Below are positions 46,168 to 55,296 of a stretch of 64,000 nt of DNA, piece by piece. Within the stretch, counting starts at the first letter, position 1; the number at the start of each line of letters is the position of its first letter. The position numbers and the translations under genes were made by a program. Source of the DNA: Clostridia bacterium (lineage in GTDB: Bacteria; Bacillota; Clostridia; Oscillospirales; CAG-272); the NCBI GenBank assembly GCA_017463125.1, contig JAFTPV010000003.1, positions 157,190 through 221,189 on the forward strand. Direction: 5' to 3'. The notes under the pieces were generated by a model. The model was not told the DNA's origin and did not search any database. It worked only from the letters and a program-made list of their open reading frames with translations.

Positions 46168-47268
46168 TTATTTTTTATTAACACTTCCCGTAGGAAGATG
46201 TATTTCGTATTCTTCTGCCACATTATGCTCTTTATCGGTGAATTTAACCGTCAGAGTTTCTTTAGAGAGCGTAAGAGCCGCTCCCATAAGATAATCATCA
46301 TCAGCAACAGAACCAACAATTATCGGAAAATCGTGCGGACGAATGCTTCTCTTATCATTTTTATTCAAAACATAAGCCTTATGCTTGTGTCCTGACAGCA
46401 TAACCTTAACATTAAGCTTTGCAATAATGGAGTTCCACTCTTCAAAAATCTCACCGTCAATATCAAACTTGTCTCCCGGGCACTTTGAATTGTTGATTGA
46501 TGAAGGTATATGGCATATTGCCATATCAAACTCTTCGCCTTTGGAAAGAAGAGCTCTCAAAAATTCGGTCTCCTTCAGTCTAAAGCCGTGAAAATTATTA
46601 AATCCACCGTATTCTATACAATCATCCCTCTTATCCTCTCCAAGGTCAAGGCAAAGGAGCTTTAAGTCACCGAACTTGGCGGTGAAATAAGTCTGTTTGC
46701 CATTAGCGGGGAAATAATCGGTATATTTTTCGGGAAGACGACCTCTTGTGTCATGGTTTCCTCTGACAAACAAGACGGGAATATTTCCGCCTGCTATCTC
46801 GCCTACAAGACGGCATACGGCAAGGTAGTCCTCATCTGTCTGTACCTCTCCGATATCGCCGTTAAAAATATAAAGGTCGGTATCATCGCCAAAATAGGAA
46901 GCAACCTTTTTTGCCGACTCAAAGCAGTAATGCACATCGGAGATGTGATAAAGGTTTAACTCTTTGCCATGTCTCGGAGCCTTAAAGCTGTAAACAGCCG
47001 TCTCTTCCTCACCGAGAGTTGACCAATAGCTCTTGCGCTCTATGGTCCTGCGGAATACCACCGTGTACCCCCCTGCCCCATCGAGCACTGCCTGGGGTAT
47101 TCTTATTCTCGCATATAGCTTCTCAGTAGGGAGAACGCCGGAATTATCCTCGTAAAATATCTCATCTCCAACCCTTACGGTAACAAGACCAAAGCTCTCG
47201 ACTGCTACGGCAACCTCGTATTCTTCCCCGATAACGTATACCGCCGGATTAAATTTCAAAAATCCCAT
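46168..47268 (-). CDS. Calcineurin-like metallophosphoesterase
   Basis: Metallophosphatase motif series: HISDVHY, GDIGE, VRGNHD, SGHKH. Confidence 0.8.
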   Translation of the reverse strand: MGFLKFNPAVYVIGEEYEVAVAVESFGLVTVRVGDEIFYEDNSGVLPTEKLYARIRIPQAVLDGAGGYTVVFRRTIERKSYWSTLGEEETAVYSFKAPRHGKELNLYHISDVHYCFESAKKVASYFGDDTDLYIFNGDIGEVQTDEDYLAVCRLVGEIAGGNIPVLFVRGNHDTRGRLPEKYTDYFPANGKQTYFTAKFGDLKLLCLDLGEDKRDDCIEYGGFNNFHGFRLKETEFLRALLSKGEEFDMAICHIPSSINNSKCPGDKFDIDGEIFEEWNSIIAKLNVKVMLSGHKHKAYVLNKNDKRSIRPHDFPIIVGSVADDDYLMGAALTLSKETLTVKFTDKEHNVAEEYEIHLPTGSVNKK

Positions 47269-47374
47269 ACCAAACTTCTCCGTGTCATAAAAAATTATAT
47301 AATCATTATAAACGGAAAAATAAAAAATGTCAATAGAAATGATTAAACATATATTAATAAAGTTTTAATAAACA

Positions 47375-47403
47375 TTGACAAGAGCGTACTAAAGTGTTAT
47401 AAT
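47375..47403 (+). promoter_or_regulatory. Consensus sigma-A promoter of the LRR lipoprotein gene
   Basis: TTGACA (47375-47380), 17 nt, TATAAT (47398-47403). Confidence 0.7.
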
Positions 47404-47474
47404 TATAATACGGTATAATTAAATATTTTAGTTATGTTATATTATTTTAATTTTTACTCAATGGAGGACCGAAA

Positions 47475-50400
47475 ATGAAAAAGCTTCTGACAATGCTGCT
47501 AACGCTGATTACGGCAGCAGCAGTAACCCTCTCGCTTGCTTCCTGCGATACGGACAGCGTTACGAAGGTGCTCGGCAACCTTGGTTTTACTGAAGATCAG
47601 GTTGAGGACACAGGCGGTAACGACGAGCTGGAAGAGGACGAATCCGGCAAGGATAAGCCCCACGAGCATACCCCCGCCACAGCAGTAAAGGAAAAGGTAG
47701 TTCCCGCAGGCTGTACCGAGGACGGCAGCTACGAGGAGGTCGTTTACTGTACCGGGTGCGGAGAGGAAATCAGCCGCACTACCAAGGTAATATCTGCCGA
47801 CTTCGAGCATTCTTACACGGACGGCGCGTGCGAAAGATGCGGCGAGCTTAAGCCCAGCGAGGGGCTCGTGTTTGAATTAGTTAATCTTGAGGGCACTCCA
47901 GGCCTTCCCAACACCGGAGTCAACGGTGAATCAAGCGATTCTGAGGCTAAAAAGGTTTACGCTCTGGTAGGCCTCGGCACGTGTACTGATACGGACATCG
48001 TAATTCCCTCGTATCACAATCGTACACCCGTACAAGTGATTTCCCCGACTGCGTTTAGAGGAAACGAAAATATCACTAGCGTCGTTGTTCCCAAGACCGT
48101 AGATAAGCTTTACAGTAGCACCTTCTCCGGTTGCACGGCTCTTTCCGTAGTAGTGCTTCCCGAAACCCTTACGGAGATCGAAGACACCGTTTTTCAGAAT
48201 TGTACCTCACTTGATAGAATCGTTATCCCGGAAGGTGTTACTACGATTGGTTCCGGAGTATTCTACGGCTGTACCTCTCTTAAGCAGGTTTCTATACCCA
48301 GCAGCGTAGAAAATATACTTTTCTCCGTGTTCGAGGGATGTCAAAATCTTAAGGCTAACGAGTACGAAAACGCGCTCTACCTCGGTAACGAAGAAAATCC
48401 ATATCACGCTCTAATTGCCCCGGCAAAAACAGACGTCACCCAAATTACACTACACCCCGATGTTAAAGCTTTTGCGTTGGGCGCTCTTATGCCGTGTGAA
48501 CAGCTTGAAACTATCGTTATCCCCGACACTATGACAGCCCTAGGTAACTATGCATTTTCCGGTTGTCAAACAATTACCTCAATAAATATCCCGGAGAATA
48601 TTACAAGCATTGGTGACGCCGCATTTTACAGTTGCACAGGCCTTACCAGCATTATAATTCCCAAAGGTATCACAAGCATTGGTAATGATGCGTTCTACGG
48701 TTGCACAAGCCTTACCAGCATTACAATTCCCGAAAGTGTTACAAGCATTGGTGACAGGGCATTTTACAGATGTACAGGCCTTACCAGTATTACAATTTCA
48801 GAGGGTGTCACAAGCATTGGTAACTATGCGTTCTACTATTGCACAAGCCTCACCAGTATTACAATTCCCGAGGGTGTCACAAGCATTGGTAACTCTGCGT
48901 TCTACGATTGCACAAGCCTTACTAGCGTTACAATCCCGAGCAGCGTAACAAGCATTGGTGACTGGGTATTCTATAACTGCACGAGCCTTAAGTTCAATGA
49001 ATACGATAACGCGTACTATCTCGGTAATGAAAAAAATCCTTATCTCGTTTTAGTTAAAGCTAAGAGTCAGGATATTACCTCTTGCGTAATACATAATGAC
49101 ACAAAATTCATAATTAACGAAGCGTTCAGCAATTGTTCAAGCCTTGCAAGTATCACTATACCTAAGGGAATTACTAGCATCGTCAGTGGTATGTTCAGCG
49201 GTTGCTCGAGCCTTACCAGCGTTACAATTCCTGACGGTGTCACAAGCATCGGTGACAGGGCATTCTATAACTGCACGAGCCTTACCAGCATTACGATCCC
49301 GAGCAGCGTAACAAGCATTGATGACAGGGCATTCTATAACTGCACGAGCCTTACCAGCGTTACAATCCCCGAGGGTGTTACAAGCATTGGTAACTATGCG
49401 TTCTACGGTTGCAAAAGCCTTACCAGCATTACAATTCCCGAGGATGTCACAAGCATTGGTAAATATGCGTTCTGCGATTGCACAGGCCTTACCAGTGTTA
49501 CAATTCCCGAGAGTGTCACAAGCATTGGTAACTATGCGTTCTACTATTGCTCAAGCCTTACCAGTATTACAATCCCGAGCAGCGTAACAAGCATTGGCGA
49601 AGATGCGTTCTCCTATTGCACAGGCCTTGCAAAAATCGACGTAAATTCTAAAAATGAAGCCTTTAAGTCTATAGACGGCAACCTTTACACCAAGGACGGA
49701 AAGACTCTTATAAAGTATGCTCCAGGAAAGACTAATACAAAATTTACTCTTCCCTACGGTGTTGAAGCTATAGGTGGCTCTGCGTTCTCCGGTTGCACAG
49801 ACCTTACAAGCGTTACAATTCCCGAGGGTGTAACAAGCATTGGCAACTATGCGTTCTCCGGTTGCACAGGTCTTACAAGCGTTGCAATTCCCGAGGGTGT
49901 AACAAGCATTGGTTATTCTGCGTTCTCCTGTTGCACAGGCCTTACGAGTGTTACAATTTCCGAAGGTGTTACAAGCATTGGCGAATATGCATTCTCTAAT
50001 TGCTCAAGCCTTACCAGTATTACAATCCCCGAGGGTGTTACAAGCATTGGTAACTATGCGTTCTACCATTGCACAGGCCTTACAAGCGTTACGATTCCCG
50101 AGGGTGTCACAAGCATTGGTTATGCTGCGTTCTCCGGTTGCACAAGCCTTACCAGCATTACAATTCCCGAAGGTGTCACAAGCATTGGTAACTATGCGTT
50201 CTACTATTGCACAGGACTTACCAGCCTTACAATTTCCGAAGGTGTCACAAGCATTGGTGACTCTGCATTCGAGTATTGCACAGGACTTACGAGTGTTACA
50301 ATTTCCGAAGGTGTTACAAGCATTGGTAACTTTGCATTCGCGCGTTGCACAGGCCTTACCAGCCTTACAATTTCCGAAGGTGTCACAAGCATTGGTAACT

Positions 50401-52745
50401 ATGCATTCGAGCATTGCACAGGACTTACCAGCGTTACAATTCCTGAGGGTGTTACAAGCATCGGTTATGATGCGTTCTACGGTTGCACAGGTCTTACAAC
50501 CGTTACAATCCCGAGTACTTTAACCAGCATTGGCAGCGGGGCATTCGATTGCCGTAATCTCTATAAGGTAATTAACAATGGCGATTTAGCATTAGAATTT
50601 GGTTCAAATGACTATGGTGCTATTGCTTCTAATGCGATAATTATAATAGATAAGGACGGCAACAAAACTTATTATAACGACGGAACGACAAGTTACGCAG
50701 AAACCGAAGATAACCTTCTCTTTAAGATTCAGAGCGGCAGTTACACTCTCGTTGCATATTTCGGCACTGCGGATACTCTGACCCTGCCTGACAACGTTGG
50801 CGGTCACTCTTACGAAATTGACTGTAAGCTCAACGTTAGTAAATTGATAATGCCCGAGTGTATTACCGAAATATACAATAATTATTTCTACGGTTGGAAC
50901 ATAAGAAGCATCGTTCTTCCCGCAAGCGTTACTTACATTGATGAACGCGCGTTCTACGAGTGCAAGAATCTTGAAAGTATTGAAATTGCTGCGGAGAACG
51001 AAACATATCAGTCTATCGACGGTAACCTCTATTCTAAGGACGGTAAAACTCTTATAAAGTACGCTCCTGCAAAGAGCAGCACGACCTTTATTATCCCCGA
51101 CAGTGTTGAAAATATAGGAGCTAATGCATTTGATTCTTGTCTTAACCTTCAGCGCATTGAGCTGGGTTCCGGAATAACGAGTTTCGAGAGTGATATGTTC
51201 GACGGTTGCGAAAACCTCACGGTAATCAAGATAAGCAGTGCGGTAAACGACATAAGCTCTTACGACTTCTACGGCTTCAAAAAACTTACGTCAATTGAGG
51301 TAGACACAAAGAACGAAACGTACAAGTCTATCGACGGTAACCTCTATTCTAAGGACGGTAAAACTCTTATAAAGTACGCTCCTGCAAAGAGCAGCACGAC
51401 CTTTATTATCCCCGACAGTGTTGAAGATATAGAATATAATGCATTTGATTCTTGTCTTAACCTTCAGCGCATTGAGCTGGGTTCCGGAATAACGAGTCTA
51501 TCAAGCAGTATGTTCGACGGTTGCGAAAATCTCACCGCAATCAAGATAAGCAGCGCGGTAACCTACATAAACTCTTACGCCTTCTCCGGTCTCGGAAAGC
51601 TTATGTCAATTGAGGTAGACACAAATAACGAAACGTACAAGTCTATAGACGGAAACCTTTATTCTAAGGACGGTAAGACTCTTATAAAGTACGCTCTCGG
51701 AAAGACGGATACTAGCTTCACTATTCCCGACGGAGTTGAAGCTATAGGAGAAGAAGCGTTCCGTGATTGTGAGAGCCTTACAAGCGTTACAATTCCCGAG
51801 GGTGTTACAAGCATTGGTAACTCTGCGTTCTCCGGTTGCACAGGACTTACAAGCGTTACAATCCCGAGCAGCGTAACAAGCATTGGTGACTGGGCATTTG
51901 CTAGCTGTGATAACCTTACAAGTGTTACGATTTCCGAAGGCGTCATAAGCATTGGCGACAATGCGTTCTTCTATTGCACAGGCCTTACGAGCGTTACAAT
52001 TCCCGAGGGTGTTACAAGCATTGGTTATGATGCGTTCTACGGTTGCACAGGCCTTACGAGCATTGAGGTAAATGAAGATAACGAAGCATACAAGTCTATA
52101 GACGGAAACCTTTATTCTAAGGATGGTAAGACTCTTATAAAGTACGCTCCCGGAAAGACGGATACTAGCTTCACTATTCCCGACGGAGTTGAAGTTATAG
52201 GAGAAGACGCGTTCCGTAATTGTGATAGCCTTACAAATGTTACAATCCCGAGCAGCGTAACAAGCATTGGTAACTGGGCATTTGCTAGCTGTTATAGTCT
52301 TACAAGTGTTACGATTTCCGAAGGCGTCACAAGCATTGGTAACTATGCGTTCTTTAATTGCTCAAGCCTTACCAGCATTACGATCCCAAGCAGCGTAACA
52401 AGCATTGGTGACTGGGCATTTGCTAGCTCTTATAGTCTTACAAGTGTTACGATTTCCGAAGGCGTCACAAGCATTGGCGACAATGCGTTCTACTTTTGCT
52501 CAAGCCTTACCAGCATTACTATCCCAAGCACTGTCACAAGCATTGAGTACGATGCATTCGATAATTGCGACGCCCTTACAAGCGTATATTACGGCGGAAG
52601 CTCTGACGCTTGGGGTAGCATTGTTATTGGTTCGTCTAACTACCCGCTCACAGAAGCAACGCGCTATTATTATTCAGAAGATGAGCCTGCCGAGGCCGGT
52701 AACTTCTGGCACTATGACGAGAATGGTGCAATAGTAGTTTGGTAA
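47475..52745 (+). CDS. Giant BspA-type leucine-rich-repeat (LRR_5-like) surface lipoprotein, 1756 aa
   Basis: Lipobox LSLASC and a Cys-rich N-terminal segment (CTEDGSYEEVVYCTGCGEE...CERCGE). These are followed by dozens of 23-aa units of the form ITIPEGVTSIGNYAFYGCTSLTS. GGAGGA RBS. Confidence 0.9.
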   Translation: MKKLLTMLLTLITAAAVTLSLASCDTDSVTKVLGNLGFTEDQVEDTGGNDELEEDESGKDKPHEHTPATAVKEKVVPAGCTEDGSYEEVVYCTGCGEEISRTTKVISADFEHSYTDGACERCGELKPSEGLVFELVNLEGTPGLPNTGVNGESSDSEAKKVYALVGLGTCTDTDIVIPSYHNRTPVQVISPTAFRGNENITSVVVPKTVDKLYSSTFSGCTALSVVVLPETLTEIEDTVFQNCTSLDRIVIPEGVTTIGSGVFYGCTSLKQVSIPSSVENILFSVFEGCQNLKANEYENALYLGNEENPYHALIAPAKTDVTQITLHPDVKAFALGALMPCEQLETIVIPDTMTALGNYAFSGCQTITSINIPENITSIGDAAFYSCTGLTSIIIPKGITSIGNDAFYGCTSLTSITIPESVTSIGDRAFYRCTGLTSITISEGVTSIGNYAFYYCTSLTSITIPEGVTSIGNSAFYDCTSLTSVTIPSSVTSIGDWVFYNCTSLKFNEYDNAYYLGNEKNPYLVLVKAKSQDITSCVIHNDTKFIINEAFSNCSSLASITIPKGITSIVSGMFSGCSSLTSVTIPDGVTSIGDRAFYNCTSLTSITIPSSVTSIDDRAFYNCTSLTSVTIPEGVTSIGNYAFYGCKSLTSITIPEDVTSIGKYAFCDCTGLTSVTIPESVTSIGNYAFYYCSSLTSITIPSSVTSIGEDAFSYCTGLAKIDVNSKNEAFKSIDGNLYTKDGKTLIKYAPGKTNTKFTLPYGVEAIGGSAFSGCTDLTSVTIPEGVTSIGNYAFSGCTGLTSVAIPEGVTSIGYSAFSCCTGLTSVTISEGVTSIGEYAFSNCSSLTSITIPEGVTSIGNYAFYHCTGLTSVTIPEGVTSIGYAAFSGCTSLTSITIPEGVTSIGNYAFYYCTGLTSLTISEGVTSIGDSAFEYCTGLTSVTISEGVTSIGNFAFARCTGLTSLTISEGVTSIGNYAFEHCTGLTSVTIPEGVTSIGYDAFYGCTGLTTVTIPSTLTSIGSGAFDCRNLYKVINNGDLALEFGSNDYGAIASNAIIIIDKDGNKTYYNDGTTSYAETEDNLLFKIQSGSYTLVAYFGTADTLTLPDNVGGHSYEIDCKLNVSKLIMPECITEIYNNYFYGWNIRSIVLPASVTYIDERAFYECKNLESIEIAAENETYQSIDGNLYSKDGKTLIKYAPAKSSTTFIIPDSVENIGANAFDSCLNLQRIELGSGITSFESDMFDGCENLTVIKISSAVNDISSYDFYGFKKLTSIEVDTKNETYKSIDGNLYSKDGKTLIKYAPAKSSTTFIIPDSVEDIEYNAFDSCLNLQRIELGSGITSLSSSMFDGCENLTAIKISSAVTYINSYAFSGLGKLMSIEVDTNNETYKSIDGNLYSKDGKTLIKYALGKTDTSFTIPDGVEAIGEEAFRDCESLTSVTIPEGVTSIGNSAFSGCTGLTSVTIPSSVTSIGDWAFASCDNLTSVTISEGVISIGDNAFFYCTGLTSVTIPEGVTSIGYDAFYGCTGLTSIEVNEDNEAYKSIDGNLYSKDGKTLIKYAPGKTDTSFTIPDGVEVIGEDAFRNCDSLTNVTIPSSVTSIGNWAFASCYSLTSVTISEGVTSIGNYAFFNCSSLTSITIPSSVTSIGDWAFASSYSLTSVTISEGVTSIGDNAFYFCSSLTSITIPSTVTSIEYDAFDNCDALTSVYYGGSSDAWGSIVIGSSNYPLTEATRYYYSEDEPAEAGNFWHYDENGAIVVW
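48585..50555 (+). repeat. Arrays of 69-bp (23-codon) LRR units (three blocks: ~48585-48990, ~49120-49635, ~49760-50555; further blocks at ~51720-52065 and ~52175-52590)
   Basis: Repeated DNA of the form attcccgagggtgt(c/t)acaagcattggtaactatgcgttctac...tgcacaggccttaccagc(a/g)ttaca, recurring every 69 bp. Confidence 0.9.
50979..51608 (+). repeat. Two tandem 315-bp (105-codon) near-identical copies inside the LRR gene; a third diverged copy starts at 51609
   Basis: attga(a/g)... starts at 50979, 51294 and 51609. A stretch of about 100 bp is identical in copies 1 and 2 (gtctatcgacggtaacctctattctaaggacggtaaaactcttataaagtacgctcctgcaaagagcagcacgacctttattatccccgacagtgttgaa, at 51011 and 51326). Confidence 0.9.
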
Positions 52746-52784
52746 TAAAAAAGTTTTCTAAAAATCTTTTTAATAAAAGGTTTT

Positions 52785-52814
52785 GGGCAGAGGCGCCATT
52801 CGGCGCCCCTGCCC
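52785..52814. terminator. Terminator after the LRR gene (shared with the convergent DUF523 gene)
   Basis: gggcagaggcgcc-attc-ggcgcccctgccc followed by tgtttattatttt. Confidence 0.7.
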
Positions 52815-52858
52815 TGTTTATTATTTTCCCATATAAAACTTTTGTGATGTGCGTTTTT

Positions 52859-53281
52859 CTAAACGGCACTCTCGTCGATGACGGTGATGCCTCGCTTTTT
52901 CAAGTACTCGGCTGTGACGCCGTCGCCATCCGTGAGAGTACGGGTAAAGCTGCCGTCGTATATTTTCCCCGAGCCGCAGGCAGGGCTTTTCGCCTTCAGT
53001 ATCGCCTTCTTACAGCCGTATAGCTTGCATAGATGATATGCACATTCAGCGCCCCTTCTGTAATTTTCGGTAACGTCACGACCGTCGCGCGTGATGACCC
53101 TATCGCCTACTCTCTCACTAGGAGTTCTCGGGGTCGGCAGACCACCGTAGATTTCAGGACAGAAGGGGATGAGATTATATTTTTCCTTTAGCGCCAGGGT
53201 TTCGGGATACGCCCTGCTCTCACCGTCATAGCGGCAAGGCAGCCCCAGAAGGCAGGCGCTGACTAGAATATTTTCCTTCAT
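52859..53281 (-). CDS. DUF523 family protein (TudS-like thiouracil desulfurase family)
   Basis: MKENILVSACLLGLPCRYDG...CPEIYGGLPTPR...SPACG cysteine pattern; 140 aa. Confidence 0.75.
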   Translation of the reverse strand: MKENILVSACLLGLPCRYDGESRAYPETLALKEKYNLIPFCPEIYGGLPTPRTPSERVGDRVITRDGRDVTENYRRGAECAYHLCKLYGCKKAILKAKSPACGSGKIYDGSFTRTLTDGDGVTAEYLKKRGITVIDESAV

Positions 53282-53297
53282 TTTTCTTTTCCTTTAA

Positions 53298-54704
53298 TTA
53301 TTTATTCAGAACGTCGTACCTCACGGCGTCGAGATTTCCTGCGCCCATAAGTACAATGCAGCCCTTGCTCTGCTCATCAAGCCGCGCTGTTACCTCGGAG
53401 TCGGGTGAAAATACCGCATGCTCTCCTATCTCCTCGGCAAGACGTCTTGAATTTACGCCCTCAATGGGGTCTTCTCTGGCAGGATATATATCCGTCAGGA
53501 TAACGTAGTCTGCAAGGGAGAGAGAGGAGCGGAAGTCCTCCCAAAGACTCTTGGTTCGTGAGAAGGTATGCGGCTTGAACACCACCGTTACAGGCTCGTG
53601 ACACAGGAGCTTTACCGCATTTATCGAGGCGGCGATCTCGGTTGGGTGATGGGCGTAATCGTAATAAACCGTACGTCCGCGACGCTCGCCGATTTTTTCA
53701 AGCCTGCCCGCTATGCCCGAAAAGGCACTGACGGCTCTTCTTATCGTAGGGATATCTATCCCGAACTCAATTGCAGTAATAATTGCCGCTACAGCGTTAG
53801 AAACATTGTGTATACCCGGGATATTGAGCTTGAAGCAAGCAAGCTCGTCACCGAATTTATAAAGCGAAAATTCAAAGCCAACCTCGGCAAACGAGGTTAC
53901 AAAATAGCGGTAATCCGCTCTCGGATTTTGACCAAAAGTGACAACTTTTGTTTTCTTTTTTACATTATTTACGATTTTTGCCAGGTTTTCGTCATCTGAA
54001 TTTATGATAGTGAATTTCGACGCCCTTGACATAGCCTTCTCAAACGACACGCGAAGAGCCTCAATATTTTCAAAATAGTCTGTGTGGTCAAGCTCGAGAT
54101 TAAGCGCTATGGCAACGCTAGGAGAAAAGGAGAGGAACGAATCCTTATACTCACACGCCTCGTATATAAGAACGTCATCACCGCCTAGTTTTATCGGCTC
54201 ACCGCACTCAAGCGAAGCACCCGAGAGTACGCTCGGGTCAGTCAGGGCTTCCGAGAATATTCGCTCAAGAATTGCCGTCGTGGTGCTTTTACCGTGCGAG
54301 CCGGAAACTCCTATCCTGCTCTTATATCTCATCATAAGGTAGCCCATATATACAGCTCTTGACACAGCGAGGATACCAAGCTCGCTCGCCGCCATAAGCT
54401 CTGGGTTCTTCTCCCCTATTGCGTGGGTGTAAACCAAGACGTCAGCGCCCCTTACGTTATCAGCGCTATGCTCTGTCGATACGCTGACTCCGCGCAAAAT
54501 AAGGTCGTGCACTCTGTCACCGTGAAATCTATCGCTTCCGGATATCGAAATACCAAGCTCAAGAGAGAGTCTTGCAAGCGAGTACATTGACACTCCGCCT
54601 ATGCCGGAAAAATGAACTACCGCGCCTTTTTTCTTCAATATATCACGCAATTTTTCTTGATAGTTGATATTATTTTTTCCCTGTTGCGCGTGCTGTTTTG
54701 CCAT
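53298..54704 (-). CDS. murC: UDP-N-acetylmuramate--L-alanine ligase
   Basis: HFSGIGGVSMYSLA, VSGSHGKSTTTA and DYAHHPTEI motifs. The ATG at 54704 has an AGGAG RBS. Confidence 0.92.
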   Translation of the reverse strand: MAKQHAQQGKNNINYQEKLRDILKKKGAVVHFSGIGGVSMYSLARLSLELGISISGSDRFHGDRVHDLILRGVSVSTEHSADNVRGADVLVYTHAIGEKNPELMAASELGILAVSRAVYMGYLMMRYKSRIGVSGSHGKSTTTAILERIFSEALTDPSVLSGASLECGEPIKLGGDDVLIYEACEYKDSFLSFSPSVAIALNLELDHTDYFENIEALRVSFEKAMSRASKFTIINSDDENLAKIVNNVKKKTKVVTFGQNPRADYRYFVTSFAEVGFEFSLYKFGDELACFKLNIPGIHNVSNAVAAIITAIEFGIDIPTIRRAVSAFSGIAGRLEKIGERRGRTVYYDYAHHPTEIAASINAVKLLCHEPVTVVFKPHTFSRTKSLWEDFRSSLSLADYVILTDIYPAREDPIEGVNSRRLAEEIGEHAVFSPDSEVTARLDEQSKGCIVLMGAGNLDAVRYDVLNK

Positions 54705-54875
54705 TATTCTCCTCTTTTCGCTGCTTATTAACATCTGCTACATTTTTCATTAAAAAAAATATAACAAATATTTGATAAAAAAATAACTTATTTCTTGAAT
54801 ATTCTTAACATTCTTATTGTATACTATATTCGTAATCACAAAAAAGTTTACAATAGAGGAAAGGAATCACAAGCA

Positions 54876-55190
54876 ATGCAAATTACAGACATTAAAATTA
54901 GAAAATTCTTTGATGAAGGACCTATGAAGGCCATCGTATCCGTAACCTTCGACGACTGTCTTGCCGTCCACGACATAAAGGTTATCTACGCAAGAGAAAG
55001 ATACTTTATCGTAATGCCCTCAAGAAAAAATCCCGATGGAACATACCGTGACATCGTTCATCCCATCAATTCCGAGTTCAGAGCCGCACTCGAGGAGGCG
55101 GTTATCGACGCTTACCACGTACAGCTCGTTGCCGCAGAGCATGATGAATCTGTTGCCACAGGCGATTATGAGGATGCCGTAATAATTTAA
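54876..55190 (+). CDS. spoVG: Septation/sporulation regulator SpoVG
   Basis: MQITDIKIRKFFDEGPMKAIVSVTFDDCLAVHDIKVIYARERYFIVMPSRKNPDGTYRDIVHPINSEFR. The ORF-track start at 54795 is an extension. Confidence 0.93.
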   Translation: MQITDIKIRKFFDEGPMKAIVSVTFDDCLAVHDIKVIYARERYFIVMPSRKNPDGTYRDIVHPINSEFRAALEEAVIDAYHVQLVAAEHDESVATGDYEDAVII

Positions 55191-55210
55191 TTTATTATTC
55201 TGATAAAAAA

Positions 55211-55241
55211 ACTACCGCAAATTACGCTGCGGTAGTTTTTT
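55211..55241. terminator. Bidirectional terminator between spoVG and the coiled-coil gene
   Basis: actaccgca-aattacgc-tgcggtagt, flanked by A6 and T6 runs. Confidence 0.7.
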
Positions 55242-55296
55242 ATATAAAGTACAGAATTCTACCGAAACCTTTTACCTATTCTGCTTCGAGAAAAGC

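Noticed and set aside
48585-52590. Regularly spaced ~69-bp repeats that could superficially be taken for a CRISPR array or satellite.
   Set aside because: The repeats are contiguous with no unique spacers. They are in-frame, encode a canonical LRR consensus inside a long ORF, and have no leader or cas genes nearby.
48679-52734. Many 60-200-aa ORFs in alternative and antisense frames within the LRR gene (e.g. 49909-50523, 50004-50414, 49318-49587). They have striking periodic sequences such as ALPALQFPKVSQALVTMRSTIAQ.
   Set aside because: They are out-of-frame readings of the 69-bp LRR unit, which happens to lack stops in several frames. The sense frame alone is continuous for 1756 codons with a lipobox, RBS and promoter.
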